Assembly (NCBI GenBank): GCA_965247115.1
Contig: CBDFGR010000003.1
Coordinates: forward strand, 1,248,001 to 1,312,000
Direction: 5' to 3'
Length of the DNA: 64,000 bases
Source of the DNA: Myxococcota bacterium
GTDB taxonomy: Bacteria > Myxococcota_A > UBA9160 > SZUA-336
The stretch's first letter is position 1. The number at the start of each line of letters is the position of its first letter. The translations under genes were made by a program, and so were the position numbers. The notes beneath the pieces were generated by a model, which was given only the letters and a program-made list of their open reading frames with translations, did not search any database and was not told the origin of the DNA. Below, piece after piece: positions 49,289 through 57,974 of this stretch.

Positions 49289-50338
49289 CTACCCCCGGGG
49301 GCTGTGGTCGCGGCTTACGAAGCACGCCATGTGCGCGGCCCCATAGTCCTGCAGCGCCGCATAACGGTTGTGGCCCCGACACCGCAGCTCGATTCGGTCG
49401 ATCGAGTGCCGCTTTGCCCTGGCCCATGGATCCACGTGATGGAACTCGAGGAAGTCCTGCGAACTGCAGCGGGGACCGTTCGCGGCGACGAATGCGCACC
49501 GACCTCCATCCCGCGCGAAGACGGCACGTTTGATCTCCGCCGGGATGTGCCGAGACGCGGCTCCGCGCTTCTGCGAAGCCTTCGATCCACGTCGGGGTCT
49601 CGATGTCTGGCAGAACTTCTTCCGCTTCGCCTCATCGAGCAGCAGAGTGAGGGCTCGATCGAAGATCTCCGCGAGATCGCCGTCCGGAATCTGGTGGCGG
49701 AGCAACGCCTGCACCTCACGGAGCTTTCCGCAGAGGCCCTGGCTGCCCGTGAACTGGATCTTGAACCGCCTGCCCCCAAGGGGGACTGGACGTGATACGC
49801 CCAGAACGGGCGGCGACACAGCCGCTCTACAGCTAGAAGTCTCTTGCGACGGACCACCGGTCTTGGAGCGCAACTGGGCCGCAGGTACAGGCCGCCTGGG
49901 GTCGGGGAGCTTCCTCACCCGCCCCGGCACGTCAGGTTTCGGAGCGCGATTGGCGAGCAGCACCTCGATCGCACGCTTGCTCTTGTGGTGCGCCAGGTCG
50001 AGTAGCTCGACGTGGTTATCCAGGGTGAGCGCAGGCGCGAGCAGGTTCGCTCCCGAAAGGTGAATGGCGCCCTCGCGGATACGCTCGAGCAGAAGGGGAT
50101 AAGAGCGCGCGGCACGCGCAGCGCGGATCCGATGGAAGGCCGTCGCCTCCGAGAAGTGGAGCACCTCGGTGCAGTAGCGATACATGCACGAGCAGCCTTG
50201 TTCGAGATAGAGCTCGCGCCGATCGACCTCCGCAAGGTGCGCGAGCAGTTCCGCCTCGTCATGGTGGCTCTTCGCCACGAGCTCGTCGAGTTCTCGGAGG
50301 AGTTTGTGATTGGAAAGGGTCTTCAGGGAGATGTTCAT
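49289..50338 (-). CDS. DUF222-like N-terminal domain + C-terminal HNH-type nuclease domain
   Basis: 'LLAHLAEVDRRELY...MYRYCTEVLHFSEATAFHRIRAARA'; 'RHIPAEIKRAVFARDGGRCAF...RC...LEFHHVDPWA...LRCRGHN'; start moved to ATG 50338. Confidence 0.8.
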   Translation of the reverse strand: MNISLKTLSNHKLLRELDELVAKSHHDEAELLAHLAEVDRRELYLEQGCSCMYRYCTEVLHFSEATAFHRIRAARAARSYPLLLERIREGAIHLSGANLLAPALTLDNHVELLDLAHHKSKRAIEVLLANRAPKPDVPGRVRKLPDPRRPVPAAQLRSKTGGPSQETSSCRAAVSPPVLGVSRPVPLGGRRFKIQFTGSQGLCGKLREVQALLRHQIPDGDLAEIFDRALTLLLDEAKRKKFCQTSRPRRGSKASQKRGAASRHIPAEIKRAVFARDGGRCAFVAANGPRCSSQDFLEFHHVDPWARAKRHSIDRIELRCRGHNRYAALQDYGAAHMACFVSRDHSPRG

Positions 50339-50590
50339 CGTGTCTTTCGTTTTGGGACCAAGAAGAAGTGAGGCCGGAACGGTAGCACGACGTATTTCGG
50401 TGTCGGAGGATCTGCTACGTCGACCGATCAAAGGCGCGTGCGACTTCGAGGACGGAACTCGCGCAAAGATTCAGCAGAGAGGCGTCCGGTATCGAGCAAC
50501 GCAGCTACGGCGCAGAACTCGGCTCGAGCCTGCGAGTTCTCAAAATCTGTCAAGGACTTTCTTGCTGTTTTTTCGAAAAGTCATCTTGCC

Positions 50591-50618
50591 GGACTACTGC
50601 CCCCGGGGGCAGTAGTCC
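50591..50618. repeat. Perfect 28-bp palindrome
   Basis: GGACTACTGCCCCCGGGGGCAGTAGTCC equals its own reverse complement. Confidence 0.95.
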
Positions 50619-50678
50619 ATTGCAGTCCAGCTCGCGTTCTGGGCGGAGTCAATGAACAACGCCGAGCTCGGGGAGGAG

Positions 50679-51122
50679 TCAGCTCTTGCGGTCTAGGGCT
50701 TCTATCTTCGCGATGCGTCGGGCGTGGCGGTTGCCTTGGAAGGGCTGGTCGAGCCAAATGCGGACCCACTTGAGGAGGTCTGCGCTCGGGAACTCTCCAG
50801 CGCCAAGGCAGAGGACGTTCGAGTCGTGGTGGTTGCGAGTCATGGCAGCGCCTCGCTCGCTGTACACGAGGGCGGCGCGCACGCCGGGGATCCGGTTCGC
50901 CAGCATCGACATGCCGATGCCGTTCGTGCAGGCCAGGATCGCCCTGTGCGTTTCGCCCTGGGCGGTGCTCTGCGCTGCGGGGATACCGAAGTCGGGGTAG
51001 TCGCAGGACTCGGTGGAGTCGGTGCCGAAGTCCTCGACCTCGTGCCCGAGTCCTTCGAGCTCGGAGATGAGCTCGCGCTTGAAGTCGTAGCCAGCGTGAT
51101 CGGTGGCGACCGCAATCTTCAT
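50679..51122 (-). CDS. rpiB: Ribose-5-phosphate isomerase B
   Basis: 'MKIAVATDHAG', 'DYPD', 'CTNGIGMSMLANRIPGVRA', 'RHARRIAKI'. Confidence 0.93.
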   Translation of the reverse strand: MKIAVATDHAGYDFKRELISELEGLGHEVEDFGTDSTESCDYPDFGIPAAQSTAQGETHRAILACTNGIGMSMLANRIPGVRAALVYSERGAAMTRNHHDSNVLCLGAGEFPSADLLKWVRIWLDQPFQGNRHARRIAKIEALDRKS

Positions 51123-51141
51123 CCGCGTGGCTCGGCCCCTG

Positions 51142-52077
51142 TCAGACCGCGGCCCGGTAGATGTCCATGACGGCGTGCAAGAGCTCGATGGCCTCCGACT
51201 TTTCGCGCTGGAAGGAGTTGCGGCCGATGATCGAGCCGAAGCCGCCACCGTCGGCGATCCCCTGGATCTCGTCGAGCAGGCCCTGGCGATCCTTGGCGGG
51301 TCCGCCGGAGAAGATCACGATGCGGCGACCGCCGAAGGCGCTCTGCACGACGTGGCTCACGCGCTCCGCGAGCGAGCTCACGGGAATGCCCTGCGCCTCG
51401 TAGACCTTGCGAGCAGCGTCCTGCTCGATGTGATCCGTCGGCGGCTTGATCTTGATGACGTGCGCTCCGAGCTGCGCCGCGATCTGCGCCGCGTAGGCGC
51501 AGACGTCGATCGCCGTCTCGCCCTGCTTGGACACGCCGGAGCCCCGGGGGTACGACCAGACGACGACCGCGAGGCCCGCCTGCTTGGCCTCCTCGCCGAG
51601 CGCGCGAATCTGCTCGTACATCTCGTTGCGGCTCGCGGAGCCGGGATAGACGGTGAAGCCGATCGCCGAGCAGCCGAGCCGCAGCGCGTCCTCGACAGAG
51701 CCGGTCACGGCCGGACACGGATCCTCGCCGCTGTAGAGCGAGTCCGAGTTGTTGAGCTTGAGAATGAGCGGGATGTCCCCCGCGTAGTCCGCCGCGCCCG
51801 CCTCGAGAAAGCCGAGCGGGGCCGCATAGGCATTGCAGCCTGCAGCGATGGCGAGCTCGAAGTGGTAGCGCGGATCGTAGGCGGGTGCGTTCGGCGCGAA
51901 GCTCCGAGCGGGGCCGTGCTCGAAGCCCTGGTCTACTGGCAGGATGACCATCTTGCCGGTGCCGCCCAGGCGCCCGTGGTTCAACATCCGCGCGAGATTC
52001 GCGCGGGTCCCCGGGCTATCGGACGAGTACCAGGCAAGGATGTCCTGGACTCGCTTGCTGCTCACGGCGTCTCCCAT
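51142..52077 (-). CDS. fbaB: Class I fructose-bisphosphate aldolase (DhnA/FbaB type)
   Basis: 'ILPVDQGFEHGP', 'VVWSYPRG', 'AHVIKIK', 'GSIIGRNSFQR'. Confidence 0.9.
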   Translation of the reverse strand: MGDAVSSKRVQDILAWYSSDSPGTRANLARMLNHGRLGGTGKMVILPVDQGFEHGPARSFAPNAPAYDPRYHFELAIAAGCNAYAAPLGFLEAGAADYAGDIPLILKLNNSDSLYSGEDPCPAVTGSVEDALRLGCSAIGFTVYPGSASRNEMYEQIRALGEEAKQAGLAVVVWSYPRGSGVSKQGETAIDVCAYAAQIAAQLGAHVIKIKPPTDHIEQDAARKVYEAQGIPVSSLAERVSHVVQSAFGGRRIVIFSGGPAKDRQGLLDEIQGIADGGGFGSIIGRNSFQREKSEAIELLHAVMDIYRAAV

Positions 52078-52175
52078 CTCTCCTTGCTCGACGCTCGAAG
52101 TCTAGCAACCCCCGGGCCCCGAGGTGAACCACATTCCGGGCTAGCAGCGTAGAATCTGGGAAACGGAGGGAAGAA

Positions 52176-52949
52176 ATGGCCGATCTCGAACTCAGTGTCG
52201 ATCGCTCGATCGCAACGGTCCTATTGAACCGACCCGATAGCCTGAACGCGCTATCGGCCTCGCTGGTCGACGAGCTCGACGACGCCGTCACGAAGATCCA
52301 CGACTCGGAGGAAATCGAGGCGGTAATCGTGACGGGCGCCGGGCGCGCCTTCGTGGCGGGTGCTGACATCGAGGAGATCTCGCGCCTGGACCCGTCCGCC
52401 GGCCTGCGCTTCTGCACGCGCGGCCAGGCCGTCTTCTCGCGCTTGGAGCGACTCCAGAAGCCGATCGTCGCGGCCGTGAACGGCTTCGCCCTTGGCGGGG
52501 GCTGCGAGCTCGCGCTGGCCTGCCACATGCGCGTGGCATCGGACCGCGCCCGGTTCGGGCAGCCCGAGGTCAAGCTCGGCATCCTGCCGGGCTTCGGCGG
52601 CACGCAGCGTCTACCGCGGCTGGTCGGTCGCGGTGTGGCGACACAGCTCATCCTGAGCGGTGCGATGATCGACGCCAAGGAGGCGCTCCGAATCGGGCTC
52701 GTGAACGAGGTGGTGGAGCCCGACGCCCTGCTCGAGCGCGCGCGGGCGGTACTGGAGGAGTGCCTCGCGAACGGACCACGCGCCATCGCCGCGTCGCTGG
52801 CCGCGATTCGCGACGGTCTCGACCTACCGCTGGAGGACGGACTCGGAGTCGAGGCGAAGCTTTTCTCCGCGGTCTGCGGCACGGACGAGATGCGCGAGGG
52901 AACCGCGGCCTTCCTCGCGAAGCGCGACCCCGAGTTTCGCCGCTCCTGA
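52176..52949 (+). CDS. Enoyl-CoA hydratase (crotonase-like)
   Basis: 'AFVAGADI', 'NGFALGGGCELA', 'GQPEVKLGILPGFGGTQRL'. Confidence 0.93.
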   Translation: MADLELSVDRSIATVLLNRPDSLNALSASLVDELDDAVTKIHDSEEIEAVIVTGAGRAFVAGADIEEISRLDPSAGLRFCTRGQAVFSRLERLQKPIVAAVNGFALGGGCELALACHMRVASDRARFGQPEVKLGILPGFGGTQRLPRLVGRGVATQLILSGAMIDAKEALRIGLVNEVVEPDALLERARAVLEECLANGPRAIAASLAAIRDGLDLPLEDGLGVEAKLFSAVCGTDEMREGTAAFLAKRDPEFRRS

Positions 52950-52951
52950 GG

Positions 52952-54493
52952 CTAGATCACGGCCTCGACCAGGTAGGGTCCCGGCGCGGCGAGGGCACGC
53001 TCCAGTGCCGTAACGAATTCGTCGGCCGTCTCTGCCCGCTCTGCCGGGACGCCCTGGGCCTTTGCGAGTCCCACCCAGTCGATCACCGGATCTCCGAGAT
53101 CGGTGAGCGAGCGCGCGGCCGGGCCTGGCTGCACGATGTCCGCGCGCCCGAGCTCGAGCTTCAGGATCCGATACTCGCGGTTCGCACAGATCACGGTCTT
53201 GACGTTCAGGTTCTCGCGGGCCTGGGTCCAGAGCGACTGCATCGTGTACATCCCGCTGCCGTCGGCCTGGAACGCGATCACCGGTCGATCCGGACACGCA
53301 ACGGCGGCGCCGGTCGCGCAGGGCAGTCCCTGACCGATCGCCCCACCCGTGAGACAGAGCAGCGTGTGCGGGGGGCAGCCGATCGAGGTGCCGTGGAAGG
53401 CGGCCGCCGAGGTGGCTGCTTCGTCCATGACGATGGCACCTTCGGGGAGAAGGGCAGCGAGTGCGATCCCCAGCGAACCTACGCTGAGCTCACCCGAAGG
53501 AGCCTCCGGGCGTTCGAGCGCGGCGAGCACCCCCCCGTCGCGTGCGTCCAGGACCTGGGCCAGCTCTTCGAGCGCGGCCGTGCAGTCTTCCCCCGCTCCG
53601 GCCATCACCTGCACACTGCACGTTTCGGGAATGGGGTGACTGGGCAGACCCGGGTAGCCAAAGAAGCTCACCGGCGAGCGGGTGCCGATCGCGATCAGGT
53701 GGGCAAACGGCTCGAGCGCCTCCGTCACCTGCTCGGGAAAATACGGCAACCGCGTGACCACCGGGAGTCCCGCCCCGCGCTCCGCCCGGGCGATGAAGGT
53801 GTCCGCCAGCAGGCGCGTGCCGGTACGGGCCGCGATGCGTGCGGCGATCTTGAGCTCGGCTGCGCGCAGCGCAGACCCACCGAGCAGGATGGCAGACGGA
53901 GCGTCTTCGCGGAGAACGGCCGCCGCCGCCTCGATTCGGGTGGCCGGTACGGGTGCCGGGGCCCGCGCAAGGACGGGCCTGGCGGGGCCGCCAGCCTGAT
54001 CCCAGGCACAGTCGGCTGGAATGATCAGGGTCGCCGCTCCCGAGGGGGCGCTGCTGGAGGCCGCGATGGCGTCGGCCATGTCGCTTCCCACATCCTTGGC
54101 ACTGCTCGTGGTCCGGACCCAGTTCGACACGGGCCGGGCCAACGACTCGATGTCGGAGGTGAGCGGAGCGTCTGCCGCAACGTGCCAGGTCGCCTGGTCG
54201 CCGACCACGTTCACGATCGGGCTGCGTGCGCGGCGGGCGTTGTGCAGGTTCGCGATGCCGTTCGCGAAGCCGGGACCGAGGTGCAGCAGCGTGAGCGCCG
54301 GCCGCTCGGTCATCCGCGCGTAGCCATCGGCGGCTCCCGTGACCACGCCTTCGAACAGACCCAGCACGGTGCGCACGCCGGGCACCGCATCCAGCGCGGC
54401 GACCAGGTGCATCTCCGTGGTCCCGGGATTCGCAAAGCACACCTCGACCCCCGCATCCACCGCCGTCTGGAGCGCACTCTCAGCGCCGTTCAT
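52952..54493 (-). CDS. TPP-dependent enzyme, acetolactate synthase large subunit-like
   Basis: 'CFANPGTTEMH', 'TGAADGYAR', TPP motif 'ADGSGMYT...CANREY'. Confidence 0.88.
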   Translation of the reverse strand: MNGAESALQTAVDAGVEVCFANPGTTEMHLVAALDAVPGVRTVLGLFEGVVTGAADGYARMTERPALTLLHLGPGFANGIANLHNARRARSPIVNVVGDQATWHVAADAPLTSDIESLARPVSNWVRTTSSAKDVGSDMADAIAASSSAPSGAATLIIPADCAWDQAGGPARPVLARAPAPVPATRIEAAAAVLREDAPSAILLGGSALRAAELKIAARIAARTGTRLLADTFIARAERGAGLPVVTRLPYFPEQVTEALEPFAHLIAIGTRSPVSFFGYPGLPSHPIPETCSVQVMAGAGEDCTAALEELAQVLDARDGGVLAALERPEAPSGELSVGSLGIALAALLPEGAIVMDEAATSAAAFHGTSIGCPPHTLLCLTGGAIGQGLPCATGAAVACPDRPVIAFQADGSGMYTMQSLWTQARENLNVKTVICANREYRILKLELGRADIVQPGPAARSLTDLGDPVIDWVGLAKAQGVPAERAETADEFVTALERALAAPGPYLVEAVI

Positions 54494-54501
54494 GCTTTCA
54501 C

Positions 54502-55377
54502 CTATAACCGTTGTGTGTCGCCGGGCTCTTCGATGACCGGATTCTCGAGCGTCCCGATCCGCTCGATCTCGATCCGGACAGACTGGCCTGACTTCAAGAA
54601 ACCAGGAGGCGACATGGCGGCGCCGACGCCGGAAGATGTACCCGTGGACACGACGTCGCCGGGTTCGAGGGTGCACACTGTGGAGAGTGTTGCCACAAGG
54701 TTGAAGCAATCGAACAGCAAGTGTTTGGTGTTGGACTGCTGCCGGAGATCGCTGTCCACGTAGGTCTCCAGCCCGAGCGAGTGGGGATCGCCAATCTCGT
54801 CCGGGGTCACGAGCCACGGTCCCATGGGACCGTGGGTATCCCATGACTTGCCGAGCGTCATCGTGGGCGAGCGCCGTTGCCAGTCCCGGACGCTCACGTC
54901 GTTCACGATCGTGTAGCCAGCGATCACCTCGCTGGCCCGTTCCTCCGGAACATGGCGGCAGCGCTTGCCGATCACGAACGCGAGCTCTCCCTCGTAGTCG
55001 ACGGCGCTCGACGCGCGCGGGATGTGAATGGGATCCCGGTGCGCGATCACGCAGCTCGTCTGCTTGTTGAAGACCATCGGGAAGGCTGGCGGCTTCTGCC
55101 CGGTCTCTTCGATGTGATCCGTGTAGTTCAAGCCGATGGCGAGGAGCTTTGGCGGGTGCGGTACCGGAGCCTCGAGGCGCACGTGGGTTAGCGCGAGGCG
55201 CGGCTGGGCTGCATCGACCGCTCTCTGCGCGGCCTCCTGCGCACTCCGCCCGGCCTCGAGAAACGCGCACATCTCCTTCGGCAGATCGGGCGCCGTCGCG
55301 GCCAGGTCGACAATTTCATCGCCCACTGCCACGCCCATTCGCGTGGTTCCCGCCTCCGTGAACGTCACCAGCCGCAT
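54502..55377 (-). CDS. Fumarylacetoacetate hydrolase family protein
   Basis: 'IGLNYTDH', 'DYEGEL', 'NDVSVRDWQ', 'GKSWDT', 'PGDVVSTGT'. Confidence 0.93.
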   Translation of the reverse strand: MRLVTFTEAGTTRMGVAVGDEIVDLAATAPDLPKEMCAFLEAGRSAQEAAQRAVDAAQPRLALTHVRLEAPVPHPPKLLAIGLNYTDHIEETGQKPPAFPMVFNKQTSCVIAHRDPIHIPRASSAVDYEGELAFVIGKRCRHVPEERASEVIAGYTIVNDVSVRDWQRRSPTMTLGKSWDTHGPMGPWLVTPDEIGDPHSLGLETYVDSDLRQQSNTKHLLFDCFNLVATLSTVCTLEPGDVVSTGTSSGVGAAMSPPGFLKSGQSVRIEIERIGTLENPVIEEPGDTQRL

Positions 55378-55420
55378 GTCGTCCTCCTCAGCGGGCAGTA
55401 TACCGCGTGCTACCATTCCG

Positions 55421-55906
55421 ATGATGTCGGACGAGCTCGTAGCAATTGCGCGCTATCACTCGTCGAACGAGGCCAACCTGGCGCGTGCTAGATTGCAATC
55501 CGCCGGAATCGACTCCACCCTGGCAGACGAGACGGGTGCCGAGGTCAGCGGGGAGCTCGAGAATCAGCTCCCGGTCCAGCTTGCGGTCATGCGTACGCAA
55601 GCGCGACAGGCGCTCGAGATTCTGCGCCAGGCCGCGGCGGAGCCCGCTCCGGAGCCCAAGTGGTCAGATCGCGTCGAGTCCGAGCGCTGCCCGGTCTGCG
55701 AGTCCTCCTTCACCCAGGTCCAGGATGCGTCGATGCTGGGGAGGATCCTTCGCGCGGTGCTCACGAGCCTGGTACCGCTGCCCGCCTCCGCTCTGGAGAG
55801 CAAGTCCCGCTCGTGTGGCGTCTGCGGACACCGCTGGAGGAGCTCCGCTCCTGAGGGCGAAGCGGCCCCTGACCAGCAAAGTCCACGCCCCGGCCCCTGG
55901 AGCTGA
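55421..55906 (+). CDS. DUF2007-like domain + C-terminal zinc ribbon protein
   Basis: 'EANLARARLQSAGIDSTLADE'; 'CPVCES...CGVCGHRW'. Confidence 0.65.
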   Translation: MMSDELVAIARYHSSNEANLARARLQSAGIDSTLADETGAEVSGELENQLPVQLAVMRTQARQALEILRQAAAEPAPEPKWSDRVESERCPVCESSFTQVQDASMLGRILRAVLTSLVPLPASALESKSRSCGVCGHRWRSSAPEGEAAPDQQSPRPGPWS

Positions 55907-55913
55907 TACGTCG

Positions 55914-56825
55914 GTGCGCGTTGCCTCTCTCCTGCCGAGCAGTACAGAGATCGCCTGTGCCGTGGGCGCGCGCAGCCAGCTCGTCGCTCGCTCGCACGAG
56001 TGCGACTTTCCCGCAGACGTGGCGAGCCTGCCCCCACTCACCTCTGCGCGCATCGACCCGGAGGTACCCAGCTTCGAGATCGACAGGGACGTGAGGGCTC
56101 TACTGGCGGAGGGACTTTCGATTTACAACGTGGACGCCGAGCGACTTCGCGAGCTCGCTCCAGAGGTGATCCTGACGCAGACTCTCTGCGAGGTCTGCGC
56201 GATCACCCCGAGAGACCTCGAGCAGGCGCTAGCGGATTGGACAGGCGTCGCGCCCCAGCTCGTCTCTCTCGAGCCCTTGCGACTCGAGGACGTATGGTCC
56301 GACATCGAGCGCGTGGGCACGGCTCTGGGCCTCGCGCGAGAGGGGCAGCAGCTCGCGGACGGGCTGCGGGCTCGGGTCGAGTCACTGGCCGAGCAAATCG
56401 CCGGGGTGGCCGAGCGGCCGAGCGTCGCGACACTGGAGTGGATCAATCCGCTCATGGCGGCCGGAAACTGGATGCCGGAGCTTGTCGAGCTCGCGGGAGG
56501 GCGGAACCTGTTCGGACTCGCAGGCGAGCACTCACCCTGGCTCGAGTGGGAGGCGCTTCAAAAGAGCGATCCGGAGCTGCTCCTGGTCCTGCCGTGCGGC
56601 TTCGGGCTCGAACGAACTCGTGCCGAGCTCGGCCCCCTGCTCGAGCAAACGGGCTTCGCGGAGCTCGACTGCGCCCGGAGCGGGCGGATCTACCTGCTCG
56701 AGGGCAACCAGTTCTTCAACAGGCCGGGACCGCGTCTGGCCGAGTCGCTGGAAATCCTTTGCGAGGTGCTGCACCCCCAAAGCTTCGACTTCGGCCACTC
56801 GGGCACCGGCTGGCAGTCCTTATAG
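55914..56825 (+). CDS. Cobalamin/iron-siderophore-type binding protein (BtuF-like, no evident signal peptide)
   Basis: 'RVASLLPSSTEI', 'RSHECDFP', 'LEWINPLMAAGNWMPELV', 'NRPGPRL'. Confidence 0.85.
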   Translation: MRVASLLPSSTEIACAVGARSQLVARSHECDFPADVASLPPLTSARIDPEVPSFEIDRDVRALLAEGLSIYNVDAERLRELAPEVILTQTLCEVCAITPRDLEQALADWTGVAPQLVSLEPLRLEDVWSDIERVGTALGLAREGQQLADGLRARVESLAEQIAGVAERPSVATLEWINPLMAAGNWMPELVELAGGRNLFGLAGEHSPWLEWEALQKSDPELLLVLPCGFGLERTRAELGPLLEQTGFAELDCARSGRIYLLEGNQFFNRPGPRLAESLEILCEVLHPQSFDFGHSGTGWQSL

Positions 56826-57124
56826 TGGGACCCGGCCCGTCTTGTGGGACCCAGCCCGCGGGCGGCCGCGGGCCACCCACCTCCGCTCAGGCCTACGGCC
56901 TTCGCTGCGCGCGCCGCGTTCCGCTGCGCTTGCAGGGAGGTGCAACGGCGGTCAGAACTGAAGACTAAGGACCGTCCCAAGTTAGATTCCGTGGAGAACC
57001 GGCAACCTCCTACGGGGCTCGGCAACCATGCAAGCGCCGCGGAACGCGGCGCGCGCAGCGAAGGGCAAAGCCCTGAGCAGAGGTGGGTGGCGCGCGACCG
57101 CTCGCGCGCCGGGTCCCACAAGAC
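56825..57124. repeat. Repeat family A inverted pair (A7 minus 56825..56937; A8 plus 56966..57124), REPIN-like
   Basis: Starts GTGGGACCC overlapping the TAG stop and ends GGGTCCCACAAGAC; central module TTCAGTTCTGAC shared with A6. Confidence 0.9.
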
Positions 57125-57129
57125 GCGCG

Positions 57130-57160
57130 CCGGGGGACGTTCCCACCCTCCGACGGCGTC
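57130..57160. repeat. Repeat family B copy
   Basis: CCGGGGGACGTTCCCACCCTCCGACGGCGT matches 11209..11238. Confidence 0.75.
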
Positions 57161-57194
57161 GGTCCGAGTCGCGCGGCGGTGGGCGCCGCCGCCT

Positions 57195-57974
57195 CTAGCT
57201 CGTGAAGTCGAGGATCGTCTTCGCGAGGGCCTCGGGGGCATCGAAGTCCACGCGGTGACCCGCGCCCTCAATGGAGCGGATCGTCGTCTCGGCGGAGATC
57301 CCGTCGGCAAAGCGCTTCGCGTAGCTGGCGGGGACGATGCGATCGTCGCTCCCCCACACCAGCAATGTGTCGGCTGTGATGCGGTGAAGCCGCTTGCGCA
57401 AACCCAGGTCGCCCGTCGGCCACAACAACCTGGCTGCAGCCTCCGCGGCGCGCACCTGCTCTACCTGCCACTCGATCTCCTCGACCCCTTTGGGACAGCG
57501 CAGCTCGCCCGCGAACTCCTCCGGCCTCGCGGAGTGGAGCGCAGGAATCTCGCTTACCCGTCGAGCCCAGACGTCGGCCACGGGGTCCGCCTCGTCAAAG
57601 AGTCCGAACGGAGCGACGAGGACTAGCGATCCGACGCTTGCACGCGAGAGCGCAGCCACCTCCGCGGCGAGGGCACCCCCCACTCCCAGTCCGATCAGAT
57701 CAGCGCCATCGAGCTCAGCAGCCTCGAGCAGATCCAGGATGGCGCTGACCCAGTCCGGCAGATCGTCCAGTTCACGGTGACCGTCCCCACCGGGGAAGCC
57801 CGGCAGCGAGGGCACGATCACCTGTCGACTTCCCGACAACCGCTCCAGAAAGGGCGACCAGCTCGGGAACCCGCCGAGCCCAGCGAGCACGCCGAGCTTG
57901 GGTCCGACGCCTTTTCGCCAGACGCGACACGCCGCACCGTTGACCTGTACCCTCCTCTCGGAGGGCTCGCTCAT
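57195..57974 (-). CDS. Alpha/beta hydrolase fold protein
   Basis: 'PSLPGFPG', elbow-like 'IGLGVGG' (no Ser), 'WGSDDRIVP', 'GAGHRV'. Confidence 0.8.
   Translation of the reverse strand: MSEPSERRVQVNGAACRVWRKGVGPKLGVLAGLGGFPSWSPFLERLSGSRQVIVPSLPGFPGGDGHRELDDLPDWVSAILDLLEAAELDGADLIGLGVGGALAAEVAALSRASVGSLVLVAPFGLFDEADPVADVWARRVSEIPALHSARPEEFAGELRCPKGVEEIEWQVEQVRAAEAAARLLWPTGDLGLRKRLHRITADTLLVWGSDDRIVPASYAKRFADGISAETTIRSIEGAGHRVDFDAPEALAKTILDFTS

Larger units (their letters stand above)
49287..50618 (-). mobile_element. Putative HNH-carrying element bounded by related CCCCCGGGGG palindromes
   Basis: Left GACTACCCCCGGGGGCTGTGGTC (49287..49309); right perfect 28-bp palindrome (50591..50618); AT-richer leader; sits between housekeeping genes. 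Confidence 0.5.

Noticed and set aside
49289..50338. IscB/Cas9-like nuclease
   Set aside because: No split RuvC motifs, PLMP N-terminus or bridge helix recognisable; the HNH domain is C-terminal
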